This document shows positions 39,636-54,261 of a stretch of 64,000 bases of DNA, one piece after another. Source of the stretch: Geosiphon pyriformis uo1 (Eukaryota; Fungi; Glomeromycota); the NCBI GenBank assembly GCA_016748015.1, contig JAAOMT010000057.1, positions 547,536-611,535 of the forward strand, read 5' to 3'. Made by a program: the position numbers and the translations under genes. Under the pieces are notes generated by a model that was not told the DNA's origin, did not search any database, and was given only the letters and a program-made list of their open reading frames with translations. Position 1 is the first letter of the stretch, and each line of letters starts with the position of its first letter.

Positions 39636-42600
39636 TGTTACAGATTGGAATAATAAGCTAACAAATAGCAAGAGAGAACAGAATTGTAGGGTGATGAAAG
39701 GAATCAAAGGGAATTCAACTTCAAAGAGTGAATTGAATGAGTATAAATTCAATATACAAGATTAGTTTTATAAAATATTTCAGTCACTATACTTTTCAAA
39801 AGATAACTGGGAAATCTGAAGATAGAAAAATAGTCCATACTCTTAACAAATGATCACATACTGGTATAATTCTATGTCTTATGTTAGTGCTCTTAGAATT
39901 CAATATTAGATATCAGATGTATTCTTTAGTCACATTTTATTTAATAATCTTTAAATGCTATAATTACACATTTCAGAAAAAGGGTAGAAAATAATCAGCA
40001 AGTAATTTTTTATTCTAAGATGTTCAGATACTTAAAGGTAAGAAAAAAAAATTAGCAATAAGAGAAGAATTGAGATAAAAGTTGTTATTTTATTTATTTT
40101 ATTTTTTTAAAATGTTTTGTTTTCTGACATGTTTTTCTATAGCTAAGAGATTTATTGCTTATATAGCTATCAAAAGTGGTCAATAATCAGGTTAATAATT
40201 AAGTTAATGATTAGGTCAATAATCAGATTAATAATCAGGTCAACAGTTAGGTCATTGATTAGATCAATGATTACTATCTAAAAATAGAATGGCTAATTAT
40301 GTGTTATTAATCTCCAAAAAGATTAAGCTCTGACAAAATCAAGCTATTTATGGAATAATCTATTTGAAGAGTTTTATCTAATTCAAAGCTAACTAGTTTA
40401 TTGAAGTCTTTGGTAGATAAGATATATAATATTTGAGGCAAAATGAGTTTTGTATCCAAGAAACCAAATCTTTGTATTAAAGTTTTGGCTCTTTTAGCAA
40501 TAATTAAAATACTTGGGACATTTAATTATATAATGTCCAAAATTTCAGCCTGTATTTCTGAAGTTGTTTTTTTCATTAGTTTTATATTTTCTATAATTTT
40601 ATCAAGATAACCATAGAGTTCTAATTGCCTTTTATATAACAAATTTTTGTCTATGGGCAAAATTTCTTGAAGTGTTTTTCCAATTGTGCTAAAAGATGAG
40701 AGTATAGCTGCTGTTATACTTTTCAACAGATATTTATCCATTTTGCTACCAATTTTTTCTCTTCTGGTAGTGGTTTTCTTAAGTTTAATAACAGTATATA
40801 TTCTACTATTATCAGTTATAGTGGTCTGTTTTCCAATGGTCAGAGTAGCATTTGGATAGTTTTTGATCCAATACTTATGAAAAGTATAGAAAAAATTTTG
40901 AATGTTTTGATCCAAAAAATAATTGTTTATGTCAATTAAAAATATCTCTGTTTTGTAAATAGTGCATTTATTTATACTTGATTTTTGCTAATTATTTGGG
41001 TCAGTATTACTACAACAAGCAACCAATCAGGTCATTTATAATATTTCTTGAGTTGTGTATCATGAACAGAATAATTATTGAAGATTGTTCTAACTTGATC
41101 TTAAAGAATATAAGGATTATTGTTTAAAACTTTGTTGATTAAAAAGAGTTCTTTTTACTGGCTAAAGAATTTATTATCATAAATATTGTTCTTGTCTAAA
41201 TAGTATTCTAATACCAAGTTATCAACACTTAAGGAAAGTATTTTATAGGTTTTTTTTCTTAAGCTTTTCTTAGAACTGTTTTATCTTTTCAAAAGCAATT
41301 ATTTGTGCTTTTACCAAGAAGTCAAGAATAGTACCAAGTTTTTTTTACAAAATGTCTTTGTAATTTTCTATTGTGATTTTTTTAAAGGGTATTGTTTTAA
41401 TGTCAATTTCTATTGGTAATGTTGCCATGTGTTTATAGAGCAGATAAAAAAGTTCATAACTTGTTATGTCATAATTTACAGTCTTATAAGCAAACAAAGC
41501 TAAAGACAGTATTTTGTCCTATAAGTTTGTTTTTTTACTGGTTTTAGGTAAGGTTTTATATAGTGTTCTATTAAAACATTCTACTAGACCATTTATTTGG
41601 GGATAATAAAGGGAAAAAGTTTATAATGTATTCCTATTTTTTTACAAAGTTTTTTAACCAATGTACTGAAAAAAGCTTTTCCTTTATTAGATAAAAGTTC
41701 TTTGGAGCAGCCATGATGGCAGATAATATTTTCATATATTAAGTTGGCTATTGAGACTGTTGTTTAGTCTAAAGTGGTTTTTGTTTCTACTCACTTTATA
41801 AGATATTTAGTAGCTGTAATAATGTATCTATTGTCATCAAGAATTATTGTTAAGGGTCCAACAACATCTATACCAATTCTGTCAAATGGTTGGCCAACAG
41901 AGATTAGATGGATATCTTCTTTCCAGTTGGGTTTGTTTTTTTTGACAGATATCACAGATTTTAATGTATTTAGTAATGTCTTTTCCTAAAGTAGACCAAT
42001 AATAGCAAGCTAAAATTTTCTAAATGGTTTTTGTTTTTCCAAAGTGTTTAGCTAATAGATTAGTATGTATGTTGTAGATCACAATTTCTCTTTCTTCAAA
42101 TCTAATGACTTTTTGGAAATGGTCAGAATCTTTTATATTTTTTTTGTAAAGTTGGTTTTGGTAAATTAAATAAAAATTTAATTGTTTGTGCAAAAATTCT
42201 CTTTGCTGTCAAGTATATTCTGGTAAATATTGTCTTTTATCCAAAAATTCTATTAAGACAAAGTAGTTGTTTAAGTCTATTATCATGTTTGTTTATGAAA
42301 AAGTTACTAATAATTAAGTTGGTTTGGTTTGAGAGGTTGTACTATTACTAGATAGTAAGTTTAGAGAAAGTGTTGGCATTTTGATGATTTGCTTCTTTGT
42401 GGTGTTAAATATTATAGTCGAATTTATTTAGATGGAGTATTCAATGAGGTATTCATTTGTGTTCTAGCTTTTTTTTATTGTGCAGTTAAACCAAGGCTTG
42501 ATGATCTGTTACTACTAAGAATTTTACACTAAGAAGATATTAATCTCAATAATTAGTAGCCCAAACTACTGCCAAATATACTTGTTCAGTAACTGAATAG

Positions 42601-43136
42601 TTTTTTTCTGCTGGTGTAAGGGATTTACTGGCATATACTATAGCATGTTTTCTACTATTTTCATCTTTCTGTGAAAAGATAGCACCAAGTCTATAGCCAA
42701 ATGTATTAGTGTATAGGATAAAAAGTTGGTTTAAATTAGGTTGTTTAAGAATTGGTTTAGTAATAAGTTTTTTCTTCAGAATTTCAAAAACTTTTTGCTA
42801 ATGTGTGCTCCAGTAATAATTGACATTTTTTTTGAGTAGTTAATTGAGAAAGAAGACAATTTTGGAAAAATTTTTGATAAATTTATGATAATAAGAGGCT
42901 AAACCAAAGAAAGAATGTAGTTCAGGAACATTCATTGGTTGTCTAATGTTCTGAACTTTTTTAACTTTGGCTAGATCAGGGAAAATTTCATCTTTTGTAA
43001 TAAAATGGCCAAAAAATTGGGTGGATTGTCATTTAAAAAAAGATTTAATTGAATTTATCTTAAGACCAGCATTTTTAAGAAAATCAAAAACCTTTTGCAA
43101 GTGTTCAAGATGTTTATTCCAGGTTTTTGAGTATAT
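39636..43136 (-). mobile_element. Gypsy family B element B1 (3' LTR, extra ORF, IN, RNase H, RT end)
   Basis: LTR starts TGTTACAG at 39636 and its inner end is partly deleted at ~40310. Motifs include integrase GQPFDRIGIDVVGPL, RNase H ILYTNTFGYRLGAIF and RT-end FFGLASYY. Confidence 0.88.
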
Positions 43137-45224
43137 TTTTATGGGTTGAAGTAATAAGCTAATGGATAGCAAGGAAGAACAGAATTGTAGGGTAATGGAA
43201 ATAATCAAAGGGAATTCAACTTCAAAAAGTAAATTGAATAAGTATAGATTTAATATGCAATATCAGTCTCATAAAATATCTCAGTTACTATACTTTTCAA
43301 AAGATAATTGGGGAATCTAAAAGTAGAGAGATAATCCATACTGTTAACAAATGATCACACACTGGTATAATTCTATGCCTCATGTCAGCACTCTTAAAAT
43401 TCAATATCAGATATCAGATGTACTCTTCAGTCATGTTTTATTCAATAATCTTCAAATACTGCAATTACACATTTTAGGAAAAAAATAAAAAATAACCAAT
43501 AAGTAGTTTTTTATCCTAAGATGTTCAGATACTTGAAGGTAGGAAAAGAGAAATTAGCAATAAAAGAAGGATTGAGATGAAAGTTGTTATTTTATTTATT
43601 AGATTTTTTTGATTTCTATATGCTTTTCTACAGCTAAAAGATTTATCACTTATATAGCTATTAAAAGTGGTCAATGATCAGGTCAACAACTAGATCAATG
43701 ATCAGGTCAATAATCAGATCAATAATCAGGTCATTAATCAGGTTAATAATCAAATCAATGGTTAGGTCAACAGTTAGATCATTGATCAGATCAATGATCA
43801 CTTTCTAAAAATAGAGTGGCTAATTTATATAATATTAATGGCTAATATATGTGATAATTAATAAAAAGTATAAGTTTCAACCATAATATTATCCTCTCCA
43901 AAGAAATTAAGCTCTGATAAAATCAAGCTATTCATGAGATAATTTATTCAAAAAGTTTTATCTAATTCAAAATTAATTAGTCTATTGAAGTTTTTTGTAG
44001 ATAAGATGTATAGAACTTAAGGTAAAATAAGCTTTGTATCTAAGAGACCAAATTTTTGTATAAAAATTTTGGCTTTTCTTGTAATAGTTAAAACTCTTGA
44101 GACATCTAATTGTATAATGCTCAAAATTTCCACTTGTATCTTAGAAGTTGTTTTTTTCATGAGCTTTATGTCTTTTATGATTTCATCAAGACAACTATAG
44201 AGTTCTAATTGTCTTTCATATAACAAGTTTTTGTCTATAGACAAGATTTCTTTAATCATTTTTTCAATTATGATGGAAGGTACAAGTATTGTTGCTGTTA
44301 TGTTTTTTAGCAGATACTTATCCATTTTGCTACCAATTTTTTTTCTTTTGGTAGTGGTTTTCTTTGGTTTAATAACAGTATATGTTCCACTGTTATCAAT
44401 TATGGTGGTCTGTTTTCCAATGATCAAAGTAACATTTAGATAGTTTTTGATCCAATACTTATGAAGAGTATAGAAAGCATTTTGAATGTTTTAATTCAGA
44501 AAATAATTGTTCATGTCAATTAAAAATATCTCTGTTTTGGAAATAGTGCATTTATTTATACTTGATTTTTGCTGATCATTTGAGTTGGTATTATTACAAC
44601 AGGCAACCAATCAAGTCATTTATAATATTTCTTGAGTCATGTACTATAAACAGGGTGATTATTGAAAATTGTTTCTAATTGATCTTGAAGAATATAAGAA
44701 CCATTATTCAAAACTTTGTTGACTATAAAGGGCTCTTTCCATTGGCTAGAAAATTTATTACCATAGACATTGTCTCTGTTTAAATGGTATTTCAATACCA
44801 AGTTACCAATACTTAAAAAAAGTGTTTTATAGGTTTTTTTTTTCTTAAGCTTTTCTTGGAACTGTTTTATCTTTTCAAAAGCAATTATTTGTGCTTTTAC
44901 TAAGAAGTCAAGAATAGTACCAAGTTTTCTTTGCAAAATGTCTTTGTAATTTTCTATTGTGATCTTTTCAAAAAGTATTGTTTCAATATTTGTTTTTATT
45001 GGTAGTGTTGCCATGCATCCATAAAGCAGATAAAAAGGTTCATAACTTGTTATGTCATGATTCACAGTTTTATAAGCAAACAAAGCTAAAGACAGTACTT
45101 TGTCTTATAAGTTTGTTTCTTTACTAGTTTTGGCTAGGGTTTTACATAGTGTTCTATTAAAATGTTCCACTAGACCATTTGTTTAGAGGTGATAAAGGGA
45201 AGAAAGTTTATGACATATTCTTAT
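43137..45224 (-). mobile_element. Gypsy family B element B2 (3' LTR 43137-43888, PPT, extra ORF, integrase C-terminus) nested in B1
   Basis: 43889-45224 duplicates ~40310-41635. PPT GGAGAGGATAA on the minus strand; integrase FAYKTVNHDITSYEPFYLLYG. Confidence 0.88.
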
Positions 45225-48200
45225 TGTTACTTGAAGAAAGAAAGCCTATTAAAGAAAGAAAAAAAAAATATGACCTGAAGAAAAATGTAATAAAACGTGA
45301 AGGGACACAGAATAGCACACAATAACGTTAGATAACACATTATAATGTAGAATAATGCATTATAACATAGAATAATGTGTTATAGCATGGGATAACATAG
45401 AATAACATGTAATAACATCAGATAACGTGATATAACATAAGATAATTAGTTATAACATAAGAAAATAAAGCAATAGCTAGCAAAAACAGACAATCCAAAG
45501 CAATCCTGTAAAACTAGAAAATACATATATATAGCAGTAGCATTAGAAGCAGAAAAAAGGGAGGGAGAAAAAAGAAATTTCTTAGTTACTGTTCCCCAGT
45601 TAGAAACTATAGCATTCCAAAATATCAATAAATATACTTATTCAGCATCTCAAATCTAGTTGTTTGCTATCAACTCTAAATGGTAATAATAATTAATACT
45701 TAAAACACACAGAAACAATAGCCCTTAATCACAACTATTGACAAGATACTAACTTACATTGTCTTGGCTTATTGTCTTTATTTTTTTTTATCTCTTTTAT
45801 TTTTGTCTTTATTTTTGTTGTGTATACTAATTGATTAAGAATTAAGTGCTAAGTATTGACGTCAAAGATTGCCTGGTAAAAGACTTCTGCAAGTAGGTAG
45901 AATGTGTAAGAATTATGGATTGCTTACCAGAGGATTGCCGACCACCATGCTGAAAAAAAAATTAATGGAATTGCGATTCTAGAAAGCTACAGATAAAATA
46001 ACATGAGAATTTCTGTCTATTATACAAAAAACTCCAATTAAAACCTGCCGATTGAAACATCTTCAAACATTATTAATGTCATCAATTAAGCACCAAGTTA
46101 CAGGTTTGTTATTTGCTTTGAGACCCCAAATAATCACTTATAACATTTGATGCTCTCTGTGAAGTATAATTCTACAGAGAACTAGCACCAACAACAATCA
46201 TTCAAAAGTGGCAGAATCAGAAATTATAAGAGCAAACCATTTAGAATTTGCCAAATCCTTGTTTCAACAGTACAGCCAACAGTTAAAATTAAACAACAAC
46301 TATTTCCCAGTGAAATCAGCCTTCAACTTTTACATCAACAATAAAATCACAGACTGCTTAAGAGGAACAGTTAACATTAAATTCACAAAAAAAAATTTCT
46401 ATACAGAATTATTTCAACATACCAGCTTACCAAGAAACCACAGTTTTGCACCAATCATCAAGGAAATCAATCAAACCATTAAAAGGTATACCCAACAACA
46501 ATTTCCCATCACCTATGCAAACAAAGACAAAGAAAAATTGCAAACACCAGTGGTAACACCCAAAAAGATACAACCACCCACTTGAAAGAAAACCAGAGTT
46601 GAATCACCAACCAATCTATCATACCATTATACACCAGGAAGTGTCATCAATATATTATCAACAGATGTGTCCACATCAAATGCAACATCAACCTTTGGAC
46701 AATTCCTATTCCAAAGTAAACAAAGAAGAGCAGAGTTACTAGAACCATATGGCAAATATTTTGAAGAATTTAAATTGTGATTGCCAACACCATTAGGGTT
46801 CTGATTACTGCTGTTATGGGATGGTTTTCTTGTTATATTTAATTGCTGATATCCCGCTTTAATTGCAATCAGTCTTTTGTGAGTTCCTCAATTCTATTTG
46901 TGTGATAATGTCACTGTTACACTGAAGGCTTTTTTTTTACTGTTGCAATGTAAGTTATTCTTTAATTCTTGATTGTTGTGTGTATTTATGTACTCCTTCT
47001 CAGAGGCTGAACTGAAATCTACCCACTGTCTGGGGTCTTCTCTGAGGCTATCCTTGCAATTGCCTGATGTGTTTCTCTAATCTAGAAACACAGAATGTTA
47101 ATGGTCTTTAGCGCTTTTCTAATTCTCACAATAAAGCTTTTATCAATTAGTAACAACGTAAATAATCTTGATCAAGGATTATTTTTCCAAGGGATTCAGT
47201 TGATGAATGATAGTTTCATTCAATAAATAATACAAGTAAGTTTCTTAATACTTTGGGTTGTGATAGTTCAGTTTTAAATATTTTTTTTCATTTTTTTTTG
47301 ATTTTAAAGGTTTCTTGGGATATTTAATTTGAAAGTATGATTTAAAGTGGAGTTTGTTGGATAAAATTGGATCTATTGCTTGATAAGTTATGATTTTTAT
47401 TACTTGATTGATTCTTTCCCAATATTAAAACTACTGTATATATACATGTTTGTAGTTCTACGAGAAAATACTTTCTTTTTGATATTTCAACCTGGTGCTT
47501 GCTGCTATCACCAGTTGGTGTTGGCTGCTATTGTGAACTGGTGCTTGCCACTATCACGAGATGGTGTTTGCTACTATGTTAATCATTACCTTTCTAAGAT
47601 TATTACTGTGCTATATTATGATTGAATAGTTTGTATTATTTTTATGATTCTTTTTGCTAAATTCTTAAACCGTAACACTGCCACCTCAACCAAATTTTGA
47701 AAACATAAGTCCCTGAGAAATAACAGAATCAAAAGAGAAAGAAGAAGAAAAAGCTAAAGATTAGGAATTTACTTACCAGAATCCAATTACAGAGAATCCA
47801 GAAATTGAAATCCCAAATATTCAAACCCAACAAACTCCAAATAATCTAAACTCTGAGTTAATTAATCAGAGAAACTTATCTCCAATAATTGTCATTGATC
47901 AACCACCAATTGTACCAATACTGGAACCAATTTTGCTACAGCCACTTCAGCAACCTATTCAACTACCACTTCAACAACTCCAACAGCCATTGTAACAATC
48001 ACAACCACAACAATTGAATTTGGATCCAATGGTCTACACTCCAATAGTAAAACTTGAAAAGTTTACTGGCGAAGAAGACAATGCCCAAATATGGCTTAAC
48101 AATGTTGAAAAGACTATTACAGCAAATGAATGGAATGACGTGAGAGCCCTCCAAGCCATTTCTTACTTTTTTCAAGATACCGCTGATTCATGGTATCAAA

Positions 48201-51200
48201 GTTAAGCCAACAAATCCCAAGATTTTAATGCATTTAAGCTTGCATTCCTACAATACTTTAGTAATAATAATAGCATCAATCATTTGGCAAACACTTTTAC
48301 CATCATTAAGCAAGGAGAAAATAAAGCAGTTACTACTTACTTAGAACGCTTCTACAGAAATTTGTGTCAAATCCAGGCCATACAGGCTGATTATTTCACA
48401 GTACCACAAATCCTAAATCAATTCATTCGAAGCCTGTGCAGTAGCATTCTCCAATGCATATGTTCAATGCACCTGACAGATTTTCAAGCCACTATTACAA
48501 ATGCCAGAAATTTTGAAGCAGCTGAACTTAAAGTCAACCATGCTCAAGCCATAAATCTAGTAATAAACGGATTATCTAAATTGGATTCCAAATTGAAACA
48601 ATTCAGTGATTCAATTAATCAGAAACTAGAAAGATACTTAGCTGACAATCAAGCAATTTATCAGCCTTTACAATAATGTGATAATTCAGGAAACACGAAT
48701 TGTTTCTGAAATCAGTCATGTTTTTCATCATTATTATTCAATCAGCTGTGGCAGCAAGAGATACGTAGTTGCTACAATTGTGATAAACAAGATCACATCA
48801 GAGCTAACTGCCAAGTTTATAGCAATAATCCATGATTAGAGAATCAAAATCAAAACTCCAATTGCAAATTTTAAACTCCGAACCACTACTTAAATCAAGA
48901 TCACTATCAACTATACTACACTCAAATAGCACAACAATCAATCTACCAAACCTCAGCACTAGTTATCTACCAGCCACAGCTGCAAGTAATATATCAGCCA
49001 CAACAAATTCAAACTCCACTACACAATCCAACCCAGATGTTACCCAAAAACCAAAGACCAAAAATTGTTCAGCAAAACTGGAGATCAGCAATGGTTGTAT
49101 ATCAACCAATCTCTAGTTTATCCAACCACACCTTAGGATCACATTCCAGAAATTTAGGAAATAGGTACAACCAAAATCAGAGTTCTCAGAACTATCTAAG
49201 TCTCCTGGTTATCCCAGAAGATGCCTTAACCAACAACAATCTGGAAATCTCTCTGAAGCAAACGATCAATAACAACATACCTCCAGCTACTGTCACAAAT
49301 GACAAATCATTAACAGCCATTTTTCTCTTCAAAATTGAGGAACCAACCAAAACCCCTCTCTTTAGTAGAGCCACCCTTGATACAAAACCCATCACTGCCA
49401 TGTACACCAATGCCAAGATTAATGGGCAGACCATCAAGCTGATCCTAGACAGTGGTTTAGCAGACAGTATTATCACATGACAACTCATGGACCAATTAGG
49501 TTATCAAGTTGATCACGCTGCTAGCACCAGAATTATTATTGCTGATGAAGCCACCAAAACTCCAATTGATGAAATCGACAATTTTTTCATTAAAGTTAAT
49601 GATATTATTGTATCAATTAAGATTTTAGTTATGGAAGCCACCCAGTACCAAGCTCTCATTGGTAATGACTGGCTGTTTAAAACCAATACCATGCTCAACT
49701 GGAACACTCAGAAGCTATAGCTTAGCCAAAATGGGCAGCATACTAGAGTACTAACCACCTATAGATACTTCAAAACCATTACAACCACACCACTAATTGA
49801 ATTTGAGAAAGAAGAAAAAAAACCTATCTGGGAAGCCTATCAAGTTTCATGGGCTAATACCAATCACAACAAATTACTGCCAATACTGTCTTGGGACAAC
49901 AAAAAGAAAGGAAAAGAAGAAGATAAGCCATAAGAAGATACAACCAACGAAATTACCAGTGGCTGGAGAAGTTCCTATTCAACTGACACCAAACCAGAAC
50001 CATCCTATATCTCACTCCAGTACAAAAACTGCAGGAAAAAGTTGTCCTCCATGGGAGCTTGGGTTGTGTTTGACAAAGACTACTGGATACGGACTTATTA
50101 TTATTGCAAACTATGCCATTGTGAATGCTATGGCTACTCAAAACGCCAAGGCAAGTGGGACAATAAACTATGTCTTGCTTGTGACAACAACTGCTCAATG
50201 AAGGGATGTAGAACAACATTCCTGGTTGAGGAGGAACCTGTGACACATCATGTCAATACACAATTCTCATTAATGACTGGGTAAGTCAAGAAATCCCAAT
50301 AACTGCAGCCTGAAATTGAGCAATCTCTTGCCTAGATGGTTACTTACATGATGAAAGTGAGATCTGGAGAATGGCCAACACCAAGATAGAAGGTGTTTTG
50401 CCCAGTGAGATTTTAGAAATAAAGAACAATTTCTCTGAACCAGTTGAAGTTGTTCTTATTTTCAACGCTTTTTTAAATATTAAGACAGACCCAGAGGAAT
50501 TTCATGAACACTACCAAAATTTAGCATTCACTTAAAAAGAACAAGAACAGTGCTTGGAAAAAATAAACACCCAATTATGTGACCACTGTTTGATTCCATA
50601 TGACTTTCAGTATTGTAATGAGTGTGACCTCATTTACAATCCAATACCATGCAGAATCTACACAATTCCAGAAGAAAAAAAACCAATCAGCAGCTGCACA
50701 TTAGAATTGGATTCAACTTTTAATCCTGATTTAAAACCTGATGATGTTGACAACAATGGTTTCAGCTTAGTTCAAAATGGCAACAGTAATAACAACAGTA
50801 ATTTAAACTCAGATTCAGACTCTGAACAGTACATTACACTTCTTGATCTTTCCAAAAAGCAGAAACTCAGATGGTTCAGTGACAATGATGAAGGTATTAT
50901 GCCAGAATGTGTGCATGATACTGATGCAGAGTTTGATCTGAGATATCTGGAAAAAGATACCATCAAATTGGAACTACATTCATGCACCTGCATTGATCTC
51001 AAAGTAGCACTGGAAATCCCTATAACAATAATGATTCAATTAGCATCTAGAAATAGCTTAGCAAAAAAAGGAATCAGCATTAGAGGAGGAATAATTGACA
51101 CTGAATATATAAGAAATATCATTGCTATGCTACAAAATGACTCAGAAAAGACCTATATCATAGAGCCAAACAAAAAGATAGCACAAGCAATATTTCTGCC

Positions 51201-54200
51201 TCTGGTTAAAATATCTCAATTAATATCAGTGAGAAACAGAGAAGAATTAAGAATTACAGTTAGAAAGATACAAAGATTCAGATCAAAAGATAAAATAGAT
51301 GTACCAGTCAATATGGCAGAAGAAAAAATTATTGACAAGAGAAAAATTATATCCACCTGTCAATTAATTTCTATTCCGCCATATGACTAGTACATATTAA
51401 CCATAGAAAGAAAAGTGAAGTATCAGACACAAATTTTTGAAGCAGAACCAATCATTTGCAAATCAGAAGAAATTGGACTTATTAATCTTTACATACCAGC
51501 CAAAAACAAGAATCATATCAAAATTTCCATCTACAATACAACAGAAAACATCATAAAAATACCAAAAAGAACTACTATTGGGTATTTAAGCACTGAAATT
51601 GAAAAACAGACACCAAACCCTATTCTAGATTTCTTACAGCTTTGTAGATATGTGGATATCACATCACAAACAATTTACAGATGGAACAAATGTTATCTGT
51701 TCCAACCAGAACAATTGGAACAAATAAACATAGGAAACTTAAACCCATTTTAATGTATACAGCTCAAGATGTTACTCAACAATTTTAATAACATCTTTGC
51801 CAGCAAAAATGAATTTGGCCATACTGATATCATCTAGCATCAGATCAAGATTGGAGATGCAATGCCAATAAAACAATGAGCATACAGAGTACTCATGAAA
51901 TTATTCATCAAGAAATTAATCAGATGCTTGACAACAGGCTAATTCTGCCATCAATGAGCCCATGGTTATTACCAGTGGTACTAGTTCATAAGAAAAATGG
52001 GAAAATCTGCTTTTGTGTGGATTACAAGAAACTAAATAGAGTAACAAAAAGAGATAGCTACCCAACTCCAAAGATCCAAGAACTGTTTGATGCTTTTGGA
52101 GGAAAAAAATAGTTCTCAATTTTGGACTTAGACAGTGGTTACTAGCAAGTAGTCATGAAACCAGAAGATAAAGAGAAAATGGTTTTTACAACACGAGAAG
52201 AAAATTTCAAATTTGAAGTAATGCCATTTGGTTTGATGAAGGCACCAGCCACCTTCCAATGACTAATGGAAATCATTTACACCAGACTACTATGGAAATC
52301 AGTAGTTGTTTACTTAGATGACACAAATGTGTTCTCCAAGACATTCGACAATCATTTGCATCATCTCTAACAAGTGTTTGAAAGACTAAGAAGAGCCGAA
52401 TTAAAATTAAATACAACCAAGTGTTTCTTTGGAAAAACTGAACTCAAGTTTTTAGAACATGTTGTGAGCAAAGATGGTATCAAAACAGATCCAAACAAGA
52501 TTGAGGTAGTCAAAAACTTTCCAGTACCAACCAACTTAACAGAACTAACAGCATTCTTGGGATTTGCTGAATACTATTGCCGTTTTATCAAAGATTTTTC
52601 TAAACTGGTCCAGCCATTACACCAGCTCCAATCAAAAAACATCAAGTATGAATGGACAGAAAACCAGCAAGAAGCTTTTAACATATTAAAAAAAAAGCTT
52701 ATTTAAGTTCCAATGTTGATGTATCCAGATCACAGCAAACCATTCATCATCACCACTAATGCATCAGGCCAAGCATTGAAAGCAGTACTATTACAGAAAA
52801 AACTAGATGGAAGAAAACATCCAGTAGTATATGCCAGCCAAAGTTTGAGTCTAGTTGAAAAGAACTATGGAACACCAGCATTAAAACACTTAGCAATCTA
52901 TTGGGCAGTCATAAAATGGAAAAAATACTTAAGTCAGAAGTTCGACATATATACTGATTATTAAGAATTGACTTCAATCCAGAAGCAAGAATTTGGAGAT
53001 GATTGTCACACTTGATGAAAAATAGAACTTTCACTATTTAAATATATTATACACTACAAAAAAGGAAAAAAAAAACAGAAATGTCAACAGTTTATCACGA
53101 ATAAGACAAATCTAAGGACACTTCAACCCAAAAATATAACAAAAGATGAATAAACAAAAATATCAACAACTTCAACATTTTATAAATATCCAATGGTTCA
53201 AGAAGAAATTATCTCAAAAAGAACAAAATCATATCAAACAACAGTCCAAATATTTTATTACTTACCAAAATATACTTTATCAGAAAAACAGAAAGAATTC
53301 AGATCAACCAACCAAAGTAATCACAGAACCAGAAAAAGAAACAATATTATTCAACATGCATTCTGATCCAACAGCAGGACATTTTCACAAAGAAGCAACC
53401 ATAGAAAAAACCAGAAATAGATACTATTGGCCATCTATATACTCAGGCATCATTTAATACATGCAAAATTATGATACTTGTTAGAGAAGAGTAAGAACAA
53501 GATTTAGCAAGCCATTAAGATCAATCAAAATAGGACAACCATTCAAGCGTATTGGAATTGACTTAGTCAGACCATTAACAATAACTAGCAGAGAGAACAG
53601 ATATATTGCAGTAGCCATAGATTATTTCACTAAATGGCCAGAAGCAAAAGCAATTCAAAAAGTGGATGCAGAATCCATTGCCAAATTCGTCCATCAAGAT
53701 CTGATTTGTCAACACGAATGTTCAAAAGAATTATTATCCAACCAAGGAACTCACTTTGTAAATAGAACATTAACAGAACTGAGTCAAAGATTTGGAATAA
53801 AGAGACCATTATTATTACTATATTACCCACAAACCAATAGATTAGTCGAAAGATTTAATAGAACATTGTGTAAAGTGATAGCCAAGATCAGCTAAAAAAA
53901 CCAGGACAAATGGAATTTATTTATACCATCAGTATTATTTGTTTATTGGATGATGAAGCAAGATATTACACAAACAATACCATTTGAATTAGTATATGGT
54001 AGAACAGCAACATTACCAGTAGAGATAGAAGTCAATACATATCTGACAGAACCAATAACAGAAGACAATTTCTAAGAAACATTGCTGAGAAAAACATATG
54101 ATGTAATGGAAATGCTAGAAAACAAACTGTGAAAAGCAGCTGATAACATTCAAAAATCACAAAAAAAACAAAAAGAAAGGCATGATAACCAACTACCAAA

Positions 54201-54261
54201 TAAACCAGTCAAATTCAAGATTGAAGACAAAGTACTGTTACATTGTACCAAAATGGAATGG
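45225..54261 (+). mobile_element. Gypsy family A element A2 (5' LTR 45225-46145, PBS, gag, zinc knuckle, PR, Cys-rich, dUTPase, RT, RNase H, IN)
   Basis: LTR TGTTAC...TAACA; PBS at 46146; gag LEKFTGEEDNAQIWL; CYNCDKQDHIRANC; PR LILDSG; dUTPase; RT YLDDTNVFS; IN HSDPTAGHF..IGIDLV..YYPQTN. Cut by A3 at 54262. Confidence 0.93.
46812..47677. mobile_element. Solo LTR, family C, inserted in gag of A2
   Basis: TGTTATGG...CCGTAACA inverted ends with TSD CTGC (46808-46811 / 47678-47681). The uninterrupted homologous gag site is visible in A3 at ~62960-62980. Internal 23-bp tandem repeat at 47492-47578. Confidence 0.9.

Noticed and set aside
43670-43800. LTR tandem arrays (also at 7705, 47492 and 54907) as CRISPR-like arrays
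   Set aside because: The units are head-to-tail with no unique spacers, lie inside LTRs, and there are no cas genes.
39636-43888. A complete short LTR element bounded by the two family B LTRs
   Set aside because: The second LTR cuts RT mid-domain, has no adjacent PBS or gag, and is followed by a second 3' internal region. It is a nested insertion.
48864-48878. TTTAAAC slippery heptamer as a gag-pol -1 frameshift site
   Set aside because: The younger copy A3 has TTCCAAAC here, and gag reads in frame into the protease in both copies, so the heptamer is a C>T artefact.
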